Assembly: GCA_023489435.1 (NCBI GenBank) | Contig: JAMDCA010000037.1 | Coordinates: 23,587-87,586 of the forward strand | DNA: 64,000 bases | Source of the DNA: Thermoplasmatota archaeon | GTDB lineage: Archaea; Thermoplasmatota; Thermoplasmata; Thermoplasmatales; Thermoplasmataceae | Direction of reading: 5' to 3' | Shown here: positions 49,768 through 58,661 of the stretch, piece after piece | Numbering within the stretch: position 1 is the first letter of the stretch | How the letters are laid out: every line of letters starts with the position of its first letter | Program-made: the position numbers and the translations under genes | The notes under the pieces: generated by a model | The model's input: only the letters and a program-made list of their open reading frames with translations | Told to the model about the DNA's origin: nothing | Database searches by the model: none

Positions 49768-50238
49768 ATGGAAAAAGATACAGAAAAAGAAGAAAACGAA
49801 AATGAGGAAAGCAAGCAGAACATTTCTGTTAAAGGGGTCAGAAAAGATATTTACGGGAGGATTATGAAACTGACCAGGGACACGGGACAGACGCTTGGGG
49901 AAATTACAAATGAGGCATACAGGACATTTCTTTCCGGAGTAGAGGGGGCTAAACATCTTTCCAAGAATTTCATTGATGGAGCAACCAAAGGTTCTGTGAA
50001 ATACATTGAGAACATCAAGACGCTTACCATTAATGGAGAGGATCTAGCCGAGATATCTACAAAAATCGTGTTCAGAAACATAGACACATTGATATTTGAA
50101 GACATAAGCACAGAAGATGTGACGAAGCACGTGGAGAGCCTCTCAAACGTAAAAGTTATAGTAATACCCAAGTCGGTAAGCAAAGCATCAATTCTACTTA
50201 GGTCCACACTCATAGATGAGATAAGGATTTCTAAGTAA
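49768..50238 (+). CDS. Hypothetical protein with acidic N-terminus and a possible RHH-like DNA-binding segment
   Basis: NISVKGVRKDIYGRIMKLTRDTGQTLGEITNEAYRTFL has a strand-helix-helix pattern. No other recognisable motif. Confidence 0.4.
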   Translation: MEKDTEKEENENEESKQNISVKGVRKDIYGRIMKLTRDTGQTLGEITNEAYRTFLSGVEGAKHLSKNFIDGATKGSVKYIENIKTLTINGEDLAEISTKIVFRNIDTLIFEDISTEDVTKHVESLSNVKVIVIPKSVSKASILLRSTLIDEIRISK

Positions 50239-50252
50239 TACTGGAATGCATG

Positions 50253-50265
50253 AAAATAATATATT
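50253..50265 (+). promoter_or_regulatory. Candidate TATA box for tRNA-Val
   Basis: aaaataatatatt lies ~35 nt upstream of the mature tRNA 5' end. A similar aataatatat precedes the TPR gene. Confidence 0.3.
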
Positions 50266-50295
50266 CCCAGTGAATACGTGAACCTGCTCACAACA

Positions 50296-50368
50296 GGGCT
50301 CGTAGTCTAGTGGTTATGATACCGCCCTTACAAGGCGGTGGTCACCGGTTCAAATCCGGTCGGGCCCA
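50296..50368 (+). tRNA. tRNA-Val (anticodon UAC), 73 nt, no encoded CCA
   Basis: Hand-folded cloverleaf. Acceptor GGGCTCG/CGGGCCC. Anticodon stem CCGCC/GGCGG with loop CTTACAA. T arm ACCGG-TTCAAAT-CCGGT. Discriminator A. Confidence 0.9.
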
Positions 50369-50390
50369 CTTATATCTATAAACAAGTCCT
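50356..50390 (+). repeat. att-like direct repeat copy 1 (tRNA-Val 3' end plus 22 nt downstream)
   Basis: ccggtcgggcccacttatatctataaacaagtcct. Compare copy 2 at 52057-52090. Confidence 0.65.
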
Positions 50391-50518
50391 GCTCTAAAAG
50401 ATAGGTAATTAAGTGGATAAATAAGGTAAGGTTTCTGAAAGGAATGTATGCAACACCCGCCTGCCAGACTATTGTTCCAAGTTAATTTTTATGTTTCTGA
50501 TTTGAAAGTCTTTCCCAG

Positions 50519-51175
50519 TTACTCACCCAGTGAAAAATAATGACGAAAAGAATAGATTAGGGGTTTCCATTTTGCTGGATCTATGTGCCTCTCATCCAAG
50601 ACGATATCCTTCCTCGCGTGTAACTTTACTACAGAAACCTCCACTATTGCGGCGTCCGCCCCACCTTCTGACAATACACATATGTTCTTCACGACCGCTT
50701 CCATTTGGAGAGGACATTCTTTGACCAATGGTGGACGAACTACCTCTGAGTCCACCGCAGTCAAATTAGCAGCCCTGAACTTGTCGCTTTCGTATCTGTA
50801 CCTGCCAGCCTTAAAAGGAGGCACAGGGTTCTTACCCGTTAATGGAGCAAGCCCTTCAACGCTTTCCCACATGTCTTTGTCGGGAAAGTTGAGCGTCAGC
50901 TCTCTGGTCGCCTCCAAATTCTCATAGGTCTTTCCACTCGTAGCGAGCCCTAGTACGACATGATAACCTAGGGCCCAGGCAGACGACATAGGTGATAGAT
51001 TCGCATTACCGTCTTTGTCAAGAGATGATATGAGAACAACTGGTGTGCCGAAATAAAGAATACTCGGCTTAACGTTCATATGGTCCTCATTCTCCAGTTT
51101 TGAGGTGTTTTCACTCAAGTTATGATACCCAGAATTTCCATATTCTTCTTTGTACTCGTTCGAATCAATACACAT
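50519..51175 (-). CDS. Flavin reductase-like (FMN-binding split-barrel) domain protein
   Basis: PSILYFGTPVVLISSLDKDGNANLSPMSSAWALGYHVVLGL resembles PF01613-type flavin reductases. The true start may be ATG 51079 (MNVKPS...). Confidence 0.6.
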   Translation of the reverse strand: MCIDSNEYKEEYGNSGYHNLSENTSKLENEDHMNVKPSILYFGTPVVLISSLDKDGNANLSPMSSAWALGYHVVLGLATSGKTYENLEATRELTLNFPDKDMWESVEGLAPLTGKNPVPPFKAGRYRYESDKFRAANLTAVDSEVVRPPLVKECPLQMEAVVKNICVLSEGGADAAIVEVSVVKLHARKDIVLDERHIDPAKWKPLIYSFRHYFSLGE

Positions 51176-51267
51176 AGTATCACAAGGATCAGTTTTGACT
51201 AAATCTTATCTATACATATGAGAAAAGACATATATCAAAAACTCTTTGAGCTAAAGGGTAATAAGCA

Positions 51268-51966
51268 TTGAGTTTGAGAAAAGGCAGTATAGTCGATGCG
51301 ATTACTCATCCGCTAAGGAAGACCATAGTTGAGATTTTAGCTGATGCGCCCAGAACAGTTAGCGAGATTGTAACACTTACCGGCAAGAACCAGCCCACTG
51401 TATCTTCGCATCTGGCGATTCTCACGAGTGCTAACGTTGTCGATTCACACCCCTTAGGACGGGAAAGGATATACCGGTTGATTCCGGAGGGATTTGAGGA
51501 ACTTGTCGACTGGTTAGATGGAGTCATTCATGCAAGAGATGAAAAACGCCTTTCTCCGTTCAACAAGAAAACCCACTTGATTACTGAATTGCATTATGCA
51601 AGAACGTGCTACGATCATTTAGCCGGCATTGTAGGAGTCAGCATGCTTGATGAGCTACTGAACAGGAAATGGATCCTACAGAAGGGGGACGGGAGCAAGA
51701 TATTAACACTAACACCAGAGGGAGAAGCGGGACTTTCTCACCTCGGGATAGAAATACCTATTCGAAGGAACAGCAAGAGAATCTTTGCTTACTCGTGTAT
51801 GGACTGGACTGTTAAGCGGTTCCATCTTGGAGGAGCCTTAGGTTTCTCTTTACTGAAAGGACTGGAGAATTTGGGTTACCTGGAAAGAGTAGCTGGTTCA
51901 AGAAAAGTGATCATAAATCGAGAAGTAAAGAACTTTTTCATTGGGGAACCTGTCCTATCCTATTGA
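51268..51966 (+). CDS. ArsR/SmtB-family wHTH regulator with a ~130-aa C-terminal extension
   Basis: LRKTIVEILADAPRTVSEIVTLTGKNQPTVSSHLAILTSANVV... The C-terminal ARTCYDHLAGIVGV motif recalls a bacterial ArsR subfamily. TTG start. Confidence 0.7.
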   Translation: MSLRKGSIVDAITHPLRKTIVEILADAPRTVSEIVTLTGKNQPTVSSHLAILTSANVVDSHPLGRERIYRLIPEGFEELVDWLDGVIHARDEKRLSPFNKKTHLITELHYARTCYDHLAGIVGVSMLDELLNRKWILQKGDGSKILTLTPEGEAGLSHLGIEIPIRRNSKRIFAYSCMDWTVKRFHLGGALGFSLLKGLENLGYLERVAGSRKVIINREVKNFFIGEPVLSY

Positions 51967-52056
51967 AATAACGCTTAAACGGAGACAGGAGATTGAGGAA
52001 TGATGAGAAAGGGCTTTTGCGACGAACCTTCAACGTTATTTATTATGGAAAAAGAA

Positions 52057-52090
52057 CCGGTCGGGACCACTTATACCTACATTAAGTCCT
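52057..52090 (+). repeat. att-like direct repeat copy 2
   Basis: ccggtcgggaccacttatacctacattaagtcct. About 30 identical positions with one indel versus the 35-nt copy 1, same orientation. Confidence 0.65.
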
Positions 52091-52402
52091 TCCCCCTGCC
52101 AAAAAGGGGATAGTATTAGACTTGGCTTTGGTCCCCCAAGGTGTTGACCACAAATCCAGGTATTCTCTTCATACTGCGCTGCCCCTTAAATAAGGAAACA
52201 ATATTATCTCTAATTAGGGGCCCTAAGCATGACCATTCTCTGACAGATTAGGGTATTGTTGCTGTACTCTCGGAATTTGCCTAAGTCCGTTTGTCTCTCG
52301 AATGTCAAACAGGTTCACGCGGGCAGAGAGCTGATACTTTAAAACTTGACAAAATACACTTAAGCAAACGTGAATGATCCATAGTTATCCAAGTGTGTCA
52401 GT

Positions 52403-52624
52403 TCACAGTAGCTTGATAAATTCCTCTACACTTAGTTCACATTGTCGAATTATTGCTCTCATTGTACCTTTTGGCAGCTGATCATGATTAGGGATTGAAA
52501 CTCTCTTTCCATCTGATTCACGCTTCAGTATCATGTGGCTTCCAACCTGGCTCTTGAATATGAATCCAACCTTGAAAAGAGCTTTCATAGTATCTTTCCC
52601 TGAGACAGAAGGAAGTTTAGGCAT
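52403..52624 (-). CDS. hicA: HicA-family mRNA interferase toxin
   Basis: MPKLPSVSGKDTMKALFKVGFIFKSQVGSHMILKRE...IPNHDQLPKGTMRAIIRQ matches the HicA pattern (PKLP..sgke..kaL.k.GF...q.GSH). Confidence 0.85.
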   Translation of the reverse strand: MPKLPSVSGKDTMKALFKVGFIFKSQVGSHMILKRESDGKRVSIPNHDQLPKGTMRAIIRQCELSVEEFIKLL

Positions 52625-52832
52625 TCAACTCTACGTTTCCAATGATGTCTATGTCCGGTGGTATGGGCTCTCCATCGGATTTCATGTCTTCTATGAAACC
52701 CCTGATGGCCTCCTTTATGTTTGACATGGCCTCCTCAACTGTACGACCATCGGATATGCATCCAGGCAAAGCTGGAACAGTAACGACATAAATTCCATCT
52801 TCATCCTTCTCCATAACCACTGTAAATCTCAT
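52617..52832 (-). CDS. hicB: HicB-family antitoxin (UPF0150)
   Basis: MRFTVVMEKDEDGIYVVTVPALPGCISDGRTVEEAMSNIKEAIRGFIE is typical HicB. ATG 52832 verified. 8-nt overlap with hicA. The track's longer ORF (to 53132) is rejected. Confidence 0.8.
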   Translation of the reverse strand: MRFTVVMEKDEDGIYVVTVPALPGCISDGRTVEEAMSNIKEAIRGFIEDMKSDGEPIPPDIDIIGNVELNA

Positions 52833-52906
52833 AATTTTATGATAGAGTATTGAGTATAAATCTTTGCGCTTCATTAAAATCCCGATTGAATTCGTATTCC
52901 CTAGAA

Positions 52907-52931
52907 GTTCAATGAATCCGGTCGGGCCCGC
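52907..52931 (+). repeat. att-like repeat copy 3 (tRNA-Val T-arm/acceptor 3' fragment)
   Basis: gttcaatgaatccggtcgggcccgc versus tRNA gttcaaatccggtcgggcccac. Same orientation, 3-nt insertion. Confidence 0.6.
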
Positions 52932-53536
52932 TTTCCCCAACTCGCTGTCTGCCTTGGTGGCAAGCGGGAATTTCACTTTATGACCTGAATAGAGGCCATC
53001 CACAACCAAGGTTTTCTCCAAGTCAATTACGGAGAAATCTGGCATTTTCATTTTCTGACACACCGAAGGGCTTTGAACCGAAAATATAAGCGAAAGAAAA
53101 AGGACCGATAGTATCATTCCATGTGAGACCACTGCAACTGATTTTAGTCCACTCTCCCTGGTTATCCCACTTATACACTGTGTGATCCTTTGCTTTGCCT
53201 TGGAATATCCTCAAAGTGGTTTGTTCTAATTCCTGAGAGGTAATCCAGTACATACTGCGTGAAGGTTTACTGTTCTATAAAATCAAAGTGGCGCTCTACC
53301 CCTTTCAGGCATTGGCGTACTATCAAGGATACACTGCATATTTCCCCTAGTATTGCGGCAGTGGCCTTTGCTTTACGCAATGGGCTGTGGAAAATGCAGT
53401 CAACGCCCCGGAGCCCGATCTCCTTGGACATTTTCAGCAGAGAATTTTGTGCTGCAGGCTTTAGCTTCCATTCTGTTGAAGAAATAGCAGGATTAATCTC
53501 AGTTTCTGCGTGCCTGATGATGTACAATTTTGCCAT
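52932..53536 (-). pseudogene. Histidine phosphatase (phosphoglycerate-mutase-like) family gene, disrupted by frameshift(s)
   Basis: N-terminal part MAKLYIIRHAETE...HSPLRKAKATAAI (ATG 53536) stops at TAA 53267-53269. The C-terminal signature KSVAVVSHGMILSVLFLSL is in a different frame, the one the track merged with hicB. Confidence 0.6.
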
Positions 53537-53663
53537 AGTTTGAGGAATCACAAGGCCATAACATATTATGATTATCTCTTCAGGTTGCCCACGGAACGCC
53601 CGGGGTTTCCTGAAAGATAAAACGTTCCCTAAATATAACAGAATTGCGTTTGACTTCCTGAAG

Positions 53664-54320
53664 ATGTACAAGGACAGAAAAGATGCAGGCCAAAAGCTTT
53701 CACTGCTTCTCCAAAGATACCAGGGTGAAAACGTAATTGTATATGGCTTGACCAGGGGAGGAGTTCCTGTTGCCTATGAGGTTGCAAAATACCTGAATGC
53801 ACCTCTGGAAGCATTCATTGTGAAAAAGCTGGGTGCACCTTACCAGGAGGAGCTTGCCCTTGGCGCTGTTACGGAAGGAAAAGAACCCGGGGTTTACTAT
53901 AACAAGGAAATACTCTCACACATGCATCTGCTTGAAAGTGATCTGAAATCATCTATTCAGAGGAAAATGGCCGACATTGAGGAATTACAGAAAAAGATCA
54001 GGCCTGATGCCAAATTGCATTTGTTTCCAAAGGCCATTGCCATTATCGTGGATGACGGGATTGCAACTGGCTCCACCATGAAGGCTGCACTCAAATTCTT
54101 CAAGAAACTGGGCCAGTTCAGGATAACTGTTGCAGTTCCTGTGGGACAGCGTTCCGTACTTGAAGAGTTGGGAGAACTTGCTGATGAAGTGGTTTGTGCG
54201 GAACCCGTATTGTATTTGGAGGCCGTTGGAGAATTCTATAAAGATTTCACACAGGTGGAAAGCGAGACTGTTCTCGCCCTCCTGGAACAATCCAGAAAAC
54301 CACTTGCAAAGAAGAATTGA
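53664..54320 (+). CDS. Predicted phosphoribosyltransferase (type I PRTase fold)
   Basis: MYKDRKDAGQKLSLLLQRY, VYGLTRGGVPVA and PRPP loop IIVDDGIATGSTM. Start set at ATG 53664. Confidence 0.7.
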   Translation: MYKDRKDAGQKLSLLLQRYQGENVIVYGLTRGGVPVAYEVAKYLNAPLEAFIVKKLGAPYQEELALGAVTEGKEPGVYYNKEILSHMHLLESDLKSSIQRKMADIEELQKKIRPDAKLHLFPKAIAIIVDDGIATGSTMKAALKFFKKLGQFRITVAVPVGQRSVLEELGELADEVVCAEPVLYLEAVGEFYKDFTQVESETVLALLEQSRKPLAKKN

Positions 54321-54323
54321 ATT

Positions 54324-56993
54324 TCATGGGCTTGTGCGGGAGCGATTGCTTGAATAGTATTGCCAGACCTTGATCCCCTCCATCCAGAAGGTCGCTGCCG
54401 CAGTGCAGGCAATGATGAGGAACCAGTCGGATGCAGTAAGTTCAGCGGTGTGCAAAATCAACTGGAGGGATGGGAATATTGTGATAATGAACAGAGTGAT
54501 GAACACCAGTATTCCCCAGATGAGCACAACCTTGTTAGAAAAGAATCCCTTAATTGATACTGGCTCTTTTTCAGTCCTCAGGTTTTGTGCAAGAAACAGT
54601 TGGGCAACAACCCAGGCCGCGAAGGCGGCTGTCCGTGACCTTTCAAGATTCCCGGAAGTGTGCACCAGAAAGAAGTATATTCCAAAAACTGCACCTGCGA
54701 TAGCCAGCGAAGTAATGATGACATAAGCCAGAGTGCTTGCATTGATGAAGGATGACTTGCCATTTTTTATCCTGGCTGACATAATGCCAGCTTCTTCCCT
54801 CTCATAGAGGAAACCTCCCAGAGCAGCCACATCCAGAAGAAGCTCCAGTATTATGATCTGGATAGGCGAAAAGGGGAATGGTATTGAAACTATAATGGGG
54901 GCAAGGAGAATCATTACAAGGGAGAGTTTTATGCTTATCTCATACTTGATGCTCTTTTTAAGAGTATACAGGATTTCACGGCCTTCATGAACCGCTTCCA
55001 CAATGGTGGAAAAATTATCATCGAGAAGAATCATGTCCGATGCCTCTCTTGCAACCTCAGTCCCCCTGATCCCCATGGAAATCCCAATTTCAGCACGTTT
55101 CAATGCGGGCGAATCATTTACTCCGTCTCCCGTTACAGCTACTGTTTCCCCTTTTTCCTGCAGGAGCTTCACCAGCCTGAATTTATCATCCGATGTGATC
55201 CTTGCAAACACCGATACGTGGTCCAGTTGATTTTTGAGTGTTGAATCATCCATTCCAGCAAGTTCATTCCCGGTCAGGACCACCCCTGCGGAATTGATTC
55301 CCACTCTGTCGGCTATGGCCCTGGCAGTCCTGGGGTGGTCCCCGGTCAACATTATCACCTTGATTCCGGCATTCTGGCATGCAAGTATTGATTCCTTGAC
55401 TTTGTCCCTTGGAGGATCAATAAAACTGATTAGACCTAGGTACTGTAGGCTGTCCTCAACTTCTCTCCTTTCTGTGCTGCTTTTCCCCAACTTTTTGTAA
55501 GCAACGCCGATGACCCGTTCTCCCCTGGAAGAGATGGCCTCAACTTCCTCCAGTACAAGGGCAGCCAGATCTTTCTTCATGCCATTACCGGGAATGTTGG
55601 AATTGCCGGTGGTTTCGATTCTGTCCAAGATTGCTTCAGGGGACCCGCTTGTGAAAATAAAGATCTCCCGTTCCAGATTCTCGTATATGTAAGATGACAG
55701 CTTCAGGTTATTGTCGAATCCAAATTCCTCCAGAAGCCTGTATTTTTTACTAAGGTTCATGTTTTCAGGGTTCTTGGATGTAAAATAATTGTAAACAGCA
55801 GTTTCCATTGGATCCCTGCGGGAATTTTCCGCATCCTGTGACAGGTTCAAGGTTCCAGTGGCAAGGATCGCCGCTTCGTCCATGAAACCTGCCTGAAGCC
55901 CTGGACCAAACGTGGAAGGATCAAAATAAACGTTTGACACAGACATCCTGTTTTCCGTGATCGTTCCTGTTTTGTCTGTTGCGATTACAGACACACTGCC
56001 TAATGTTTCAGCTGCTCTGAGGTTCTTTACCACTGCCTTATGCCTTGAAAGGGAAAATGCACCAATGGCAAGAGTTATTGAAATAATGACGGGCAACTCC
56101 TCAGGAACTGTTGCGAAAGCCATGGAGAGCCCTGTGAGGAGCATTTCACTTAAGGCCTGGCCTTCAAGGTATCCCATTAGAGGAACAATTACGCTGAAAA
56201 TTACAGCCATTGATGCCAGTACAGTGATAAGCCTTGAAAGTGAGTCCTGAAGCGGAGTCTTTTTCGATCCCTCCTGTTCTGTCAGGCTAGCTATCCTGCC
56301 AAGTTCTGTTTCGTTCCCGGTTACAGTTGCAATGAATTTTCCTGATCCTTGCACCACCATCGTTCCGGAGAACACGATATTGTCAAGTTCGGCAATAAGG
56401 GCTGATTTGGGTATGGAATCAGCATCTTTGAGAACATAAAATGACTCCCCTGTGAGAGAGGATTCATCAACTTTCAATGTGTGGGCCTCTACAAGCCTTC
56501 CATCTGCTGGCACCAAATCGCCTGAATAGAGAAAAACCACGTCCCCCGGTACAATGGATTCTGTTTTTATTTCCCTGGTGGAACCTTCCCTCAGTACCCT
56601 GGCAAGAGGCATGCGCAAATCCTTCAGTGCATTAATTGAAACCCTTGCCCTGTTGACGTTATAGGTTTCAATCCCAACAACCAGCAGGACAACAACCACG
56701 ATTGTTATGGAATCCCGGGGCTCCCCCAAGATAGAATACAATATGGCAATGATCACCAGAAGCAAAATCATGGGCTCCCTGAGTTCCTTGATAAATACCC
56801 ATAGGAACCCGATGTTTTTTTCAGGCTCAATTGTATTTTTACCATAAGATTTGAGCCTGGCCTCTGCCTCCGTGCTATCGAGGCCACGGGAAATATCAGT
56901 GTTCACGCTTAAGGCAACTTCTTCTAAGCTCCTCTGGGAAACCTCCACAGCTTTCAAAGGCGCCCTCATTTGACTGCCAATATAGTGGTGCAT
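54324..56993 (-). CDS. P-type cation-transporting ATPase (P2-like, Ca2+/cation pump family)
   Basis: DKTGTITEN phosphorylation site, TGDHPRTA, VTGDGVNDSPALKRAEIG. N-terminal cation-ATPase domain (GLDSTEAEARLKSYGKN). ATG 56969 is an alternative start. Confidence 0.88.
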   Translation of the reverse strand: MHHYIGSQMRAPLKAVEVSQRSLEEVALSVNTDISRGLDSTEAEARLKSYGKNTIEPEKNIGFLWVFIKELREPMILLLVIIAILYSILGEPRDSITIVVVVLLVVGIETYNVNRARVSINALKDLRMPLARVLREGSTREIKTESIVPGDVVFLYSGDLVPADGRLVEAHTLKVDESSLTGESFYVLKDADSIPKSALIAELDNIVFSGTMVVQGSGKFIATVTGNETELGRIASLTEQEGSKKTPLQDSLSRLITVLASMAVIFSVIVPLMGYLEGQALSEMLLTGLSMAFATVPEELPVIISITLAIGAFSLSRHKAVVKNLRAAETLGSVSVIATDKTGTITENRMSVSNVYFDPSTFGPGLQAGFMDEAAILATGTLNLSQDAENSRRDPMETAVYNYFTSKNPENMNLSKKYRLLEEFGFDNNLKLSSYIYENLEREIFIFTSGSPEAILDRIETTGNSNIPGNGMKKDLAALVLEEVEAISSRGERVIGVAYKKLGKSSTERREVEDSLQYLGLISFIDPPRDKVKESILACQNAGIKVIMLTGDHPRTARAIADRVGINSAGVVLTGNELAGMDDSTLKNQLDHVSVFARITSDDKFRLVKLLQEKGETVAVTGDGVNDSPALKRAEIGISMGIRGTEVAREASDMILLDDNFSTIVEAVHEGREILYTLKKSIKYEISIKLSLVMILLAPIIVSIPFPFSPIQIIILELLLDVAALGGFLYEREEAGIMSARIKNGKSSFINASTLAYVIITSLAIAGAVFGIYFFLVHTSGNLERSRTAAFAAWVVAQLFLAQNLRTEKEPVSIKGFFSNKVVLIWGILVFITLFIITIFPSLQLILHTAELTASDWFLIIACTAAATFWMEGIKVWQYYSSNRSRTSP

Positions 56994-57115
56994 AATGTAG
57001 TGAATCCCTAAAAAAAAATGGGGATTGGCATCATCTTGACGTGATCTATTCCATACCTATTCTGAAGTGCATTAGTTCACAAAATCTTATTAATCCAGCT
57101 AAAGTTTAGCATTAA

Positions 57116-57628
57116 ATGGGGGATAACAGGCCGACCTGGGATCAGTATTTCATGAGAATGGCTTTTCTTGCAGCCTCCCGTGCTAACTGCACAAGGAGGA
57201 AAGTCGGTGCAGTGATCGTGAAGGACAAAAATATCCTTGCGACCGGTTATAATGGTCCACCATCAGGCACAGTCCACTGCGACGTTGTCGGCTGCATCAG
57301 GGACGACCTCAATGTACCCTCCGGCGAGAGGCATGAGCTTTGCAGGGGATTACATGCCGAGCAGAATGCCATTATCCAGGCTGCCGTGCATGGAGTAAGC
57401 ATCAGCGGGGCAACTATTTACATCACCACACACCCTTGCATCGTTTGCTCCAAGATGATCATGAATTCCCAGATCAAGGAGATAATCTACGCTCAGGGTT
57501 ACCCTGATGAGCTCGCGGAACTAATGCTGCTGGAAAGCAACATCAAGAAGAGGAAATTTGAACTGCCGGAAGAGGAAACAAGGGCTATGCTTGGAGAATT
57601 CTATGCGAAAATGCCCGGTAACGACTGA
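57116..57628 (+). CDS. dCMP deaminase (ComEB/CDA zinc-dependent deaminase family)
   Basis: HAEQNAI and PCIVCSKMI zinc-binding motifs. 170 aa. Confidence 0.85.
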   Translation: MGDNRPTWDQYFMRMAFLAASRANCTRRKVGAVIVKDKNILATGYNGPPSGTVHCDVVGCIRDDLNVPSGERHELCRGLHAEQNAIIQAAVHGVSISGATIYITTHPCIVCSKMIMNSQIKEIIYAQGYPDELAELMLLESNIKKRKFELPEEETRAMLGEFYAKMPGND

Positions 57629-57663
57629 CGAACCTTATATATAAATGGACAAGATCGGTTCAC

Positions 57664-58326
57664 GTGTTAGATTTTGCATTAGCCACGATGGTGTCAAATG
57701 AAATCATCTCCATTATAACAACATTAGGCTACCCTGGAATTTTTTTCTTAATGCTTCTTGAAGGACTTTTGCTTCCCATACCATCTGAAGTAGTCATGGC
57801 ATTTGGAGGCTACCTGGCCTACAGCGGAACTCTGCCTTCGGAAATAGGGATACCAGCTTTCATCCTGCTGCTTCTTGCAGGCAGTGTTGGCAACATGGTA
57901 GGTGCATACCTTGCATACATGCTGGGAGACTACGGGGGCATACCCCTTATCCTCAGATACGGGAAATACGTGATGCTTGACAAAGGTTCCATAGACAGGA
58001 CCCAGCTCTGGTTTGAAAAATACGGAACTCCTTCAGTGTTCCTTACCAGGCTTGTCCCTATCTTCAGGACATTCATTTCGATACCTGCAGGCATTGCAAA
58101 AATGAACAGGGTTCATTTCCTGGCCCTGACATTTGTGGGTGCCATGATCTGGGACTCGATCCTGATTTACCTGGGTTACATTCTTGGGCCCCACTGGGAG
58201 CAGATCATCAGCACCTTCAACCAGTTCACTGACCTCGCGGTTGCAGCCCTTGTCATTATTGTGGTAGCATGGGTATACACAAAAATGAAGAGCAAAAAAG
58301 CTACAAAGAGTAAGAGTGTGGAATAA
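57664..58326 (+). CDS. DedA/SNARE-associated family membrane protein
   Basis: YPGIFFLMLLEGLLLPIPSEVVMAFGGYL and LVPIFRTFISIPAGIAKM are DedA signatures. GTG start. Confidence 0.8.
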   Translation: MLDFALATMVSNEIISIITTLGYPGIFFLMLLEGLLLPIPSEVVMAFGGYLAYSGTLPSEIGIPAFILLLLAGSVGNMVGAYLAYMLGDYGGIPLILRYGKYVMLDKGSIDRTQLWFEKYGTPSVFLTRLVPIFRTFISIPAGIAKMNRVHFLALTFVGAMIWDSILIYLGYILGPHWEQIISTFNQFTDLAVAALVIIVVAWVYTKMKSKKATKSKSVE

Positions 58327-58433
58327 TAGAGATAAGGGACATCCACAAGTCCCATTTGCAATTACAGTTGCATTTGCTTGACTCTTAATTGTTGAATAAC
58401 TTTGCAAATGAGTTTTGAAGACTTATGCCCGTA

Positions 58434-58622
58434 CTAGAGCCGAGTCATAGCGGTGTTGTAAAACTCATCCCGACCACATGATGGGCACTCTATTTTCTGA
58501 TTTCCATTATCGAAATATGCGTTTATGACAAGCCTGATGTAATCATAAACCCATTCATAACCGCACTTTTTGCAGATTGGGTGCGTTGTGCCTCTAATCA
58601 AAATAAAGACTTCGCGAGTCAA
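58434..58622 (-). CDS. Small Zn-ribbon protein (62 aa), hypothetical
   Basis: CKKCG...CPSCG pairs. The only start is TTG. Confidence 0.35.
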   Translation of the reverse strand: MTREVFILIRGTTHPICKKCGYEWVYDYIRLVINAYFDNGNQKIECPSCGRDEFYNTAMTRL

Positions 58623-58661
58623 GTGATGGTTTTGAATAAAAAATTTATTTTTTTAAAAAAA

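Larger units (their letters stand above)
50369..52056. mobile_element. Islet A: putative remnant of an element integrated at tRNA-Val (no integrase)
   Basis: Bounded by repeat copies 1 and 2. Carries a divergent flavin-reductase-like / ArsR-like gene pair. Confidence 0.4.
52091..52906. mobile_element. Islet B: second putative integrated-element remnant (HicAB cargo, no integrase)
   Basis: Bounded by repeat copies 2 and 3. About 310 nt have no ORF of 60 aa or more, followed by hicB-hicA. Confidence 0.4.

Noticed and set aside
52617-53132. 171-aa ORF treated as a long HicB
   Set aside because: Only the last 71 aa are HicB-like. The upstream part is the out-of-frame C-terminus of the histidine-phosphatase pseudogene (VVSHG) read through the tRNA-fragment repeat.
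54360-56250. Several 60-118-aa plus-strand ORFs opposite the P-type ATPase
   Set aside because: Shadow ORFs inside a gene with DKTGT and GDGVNDSPAL motifs.
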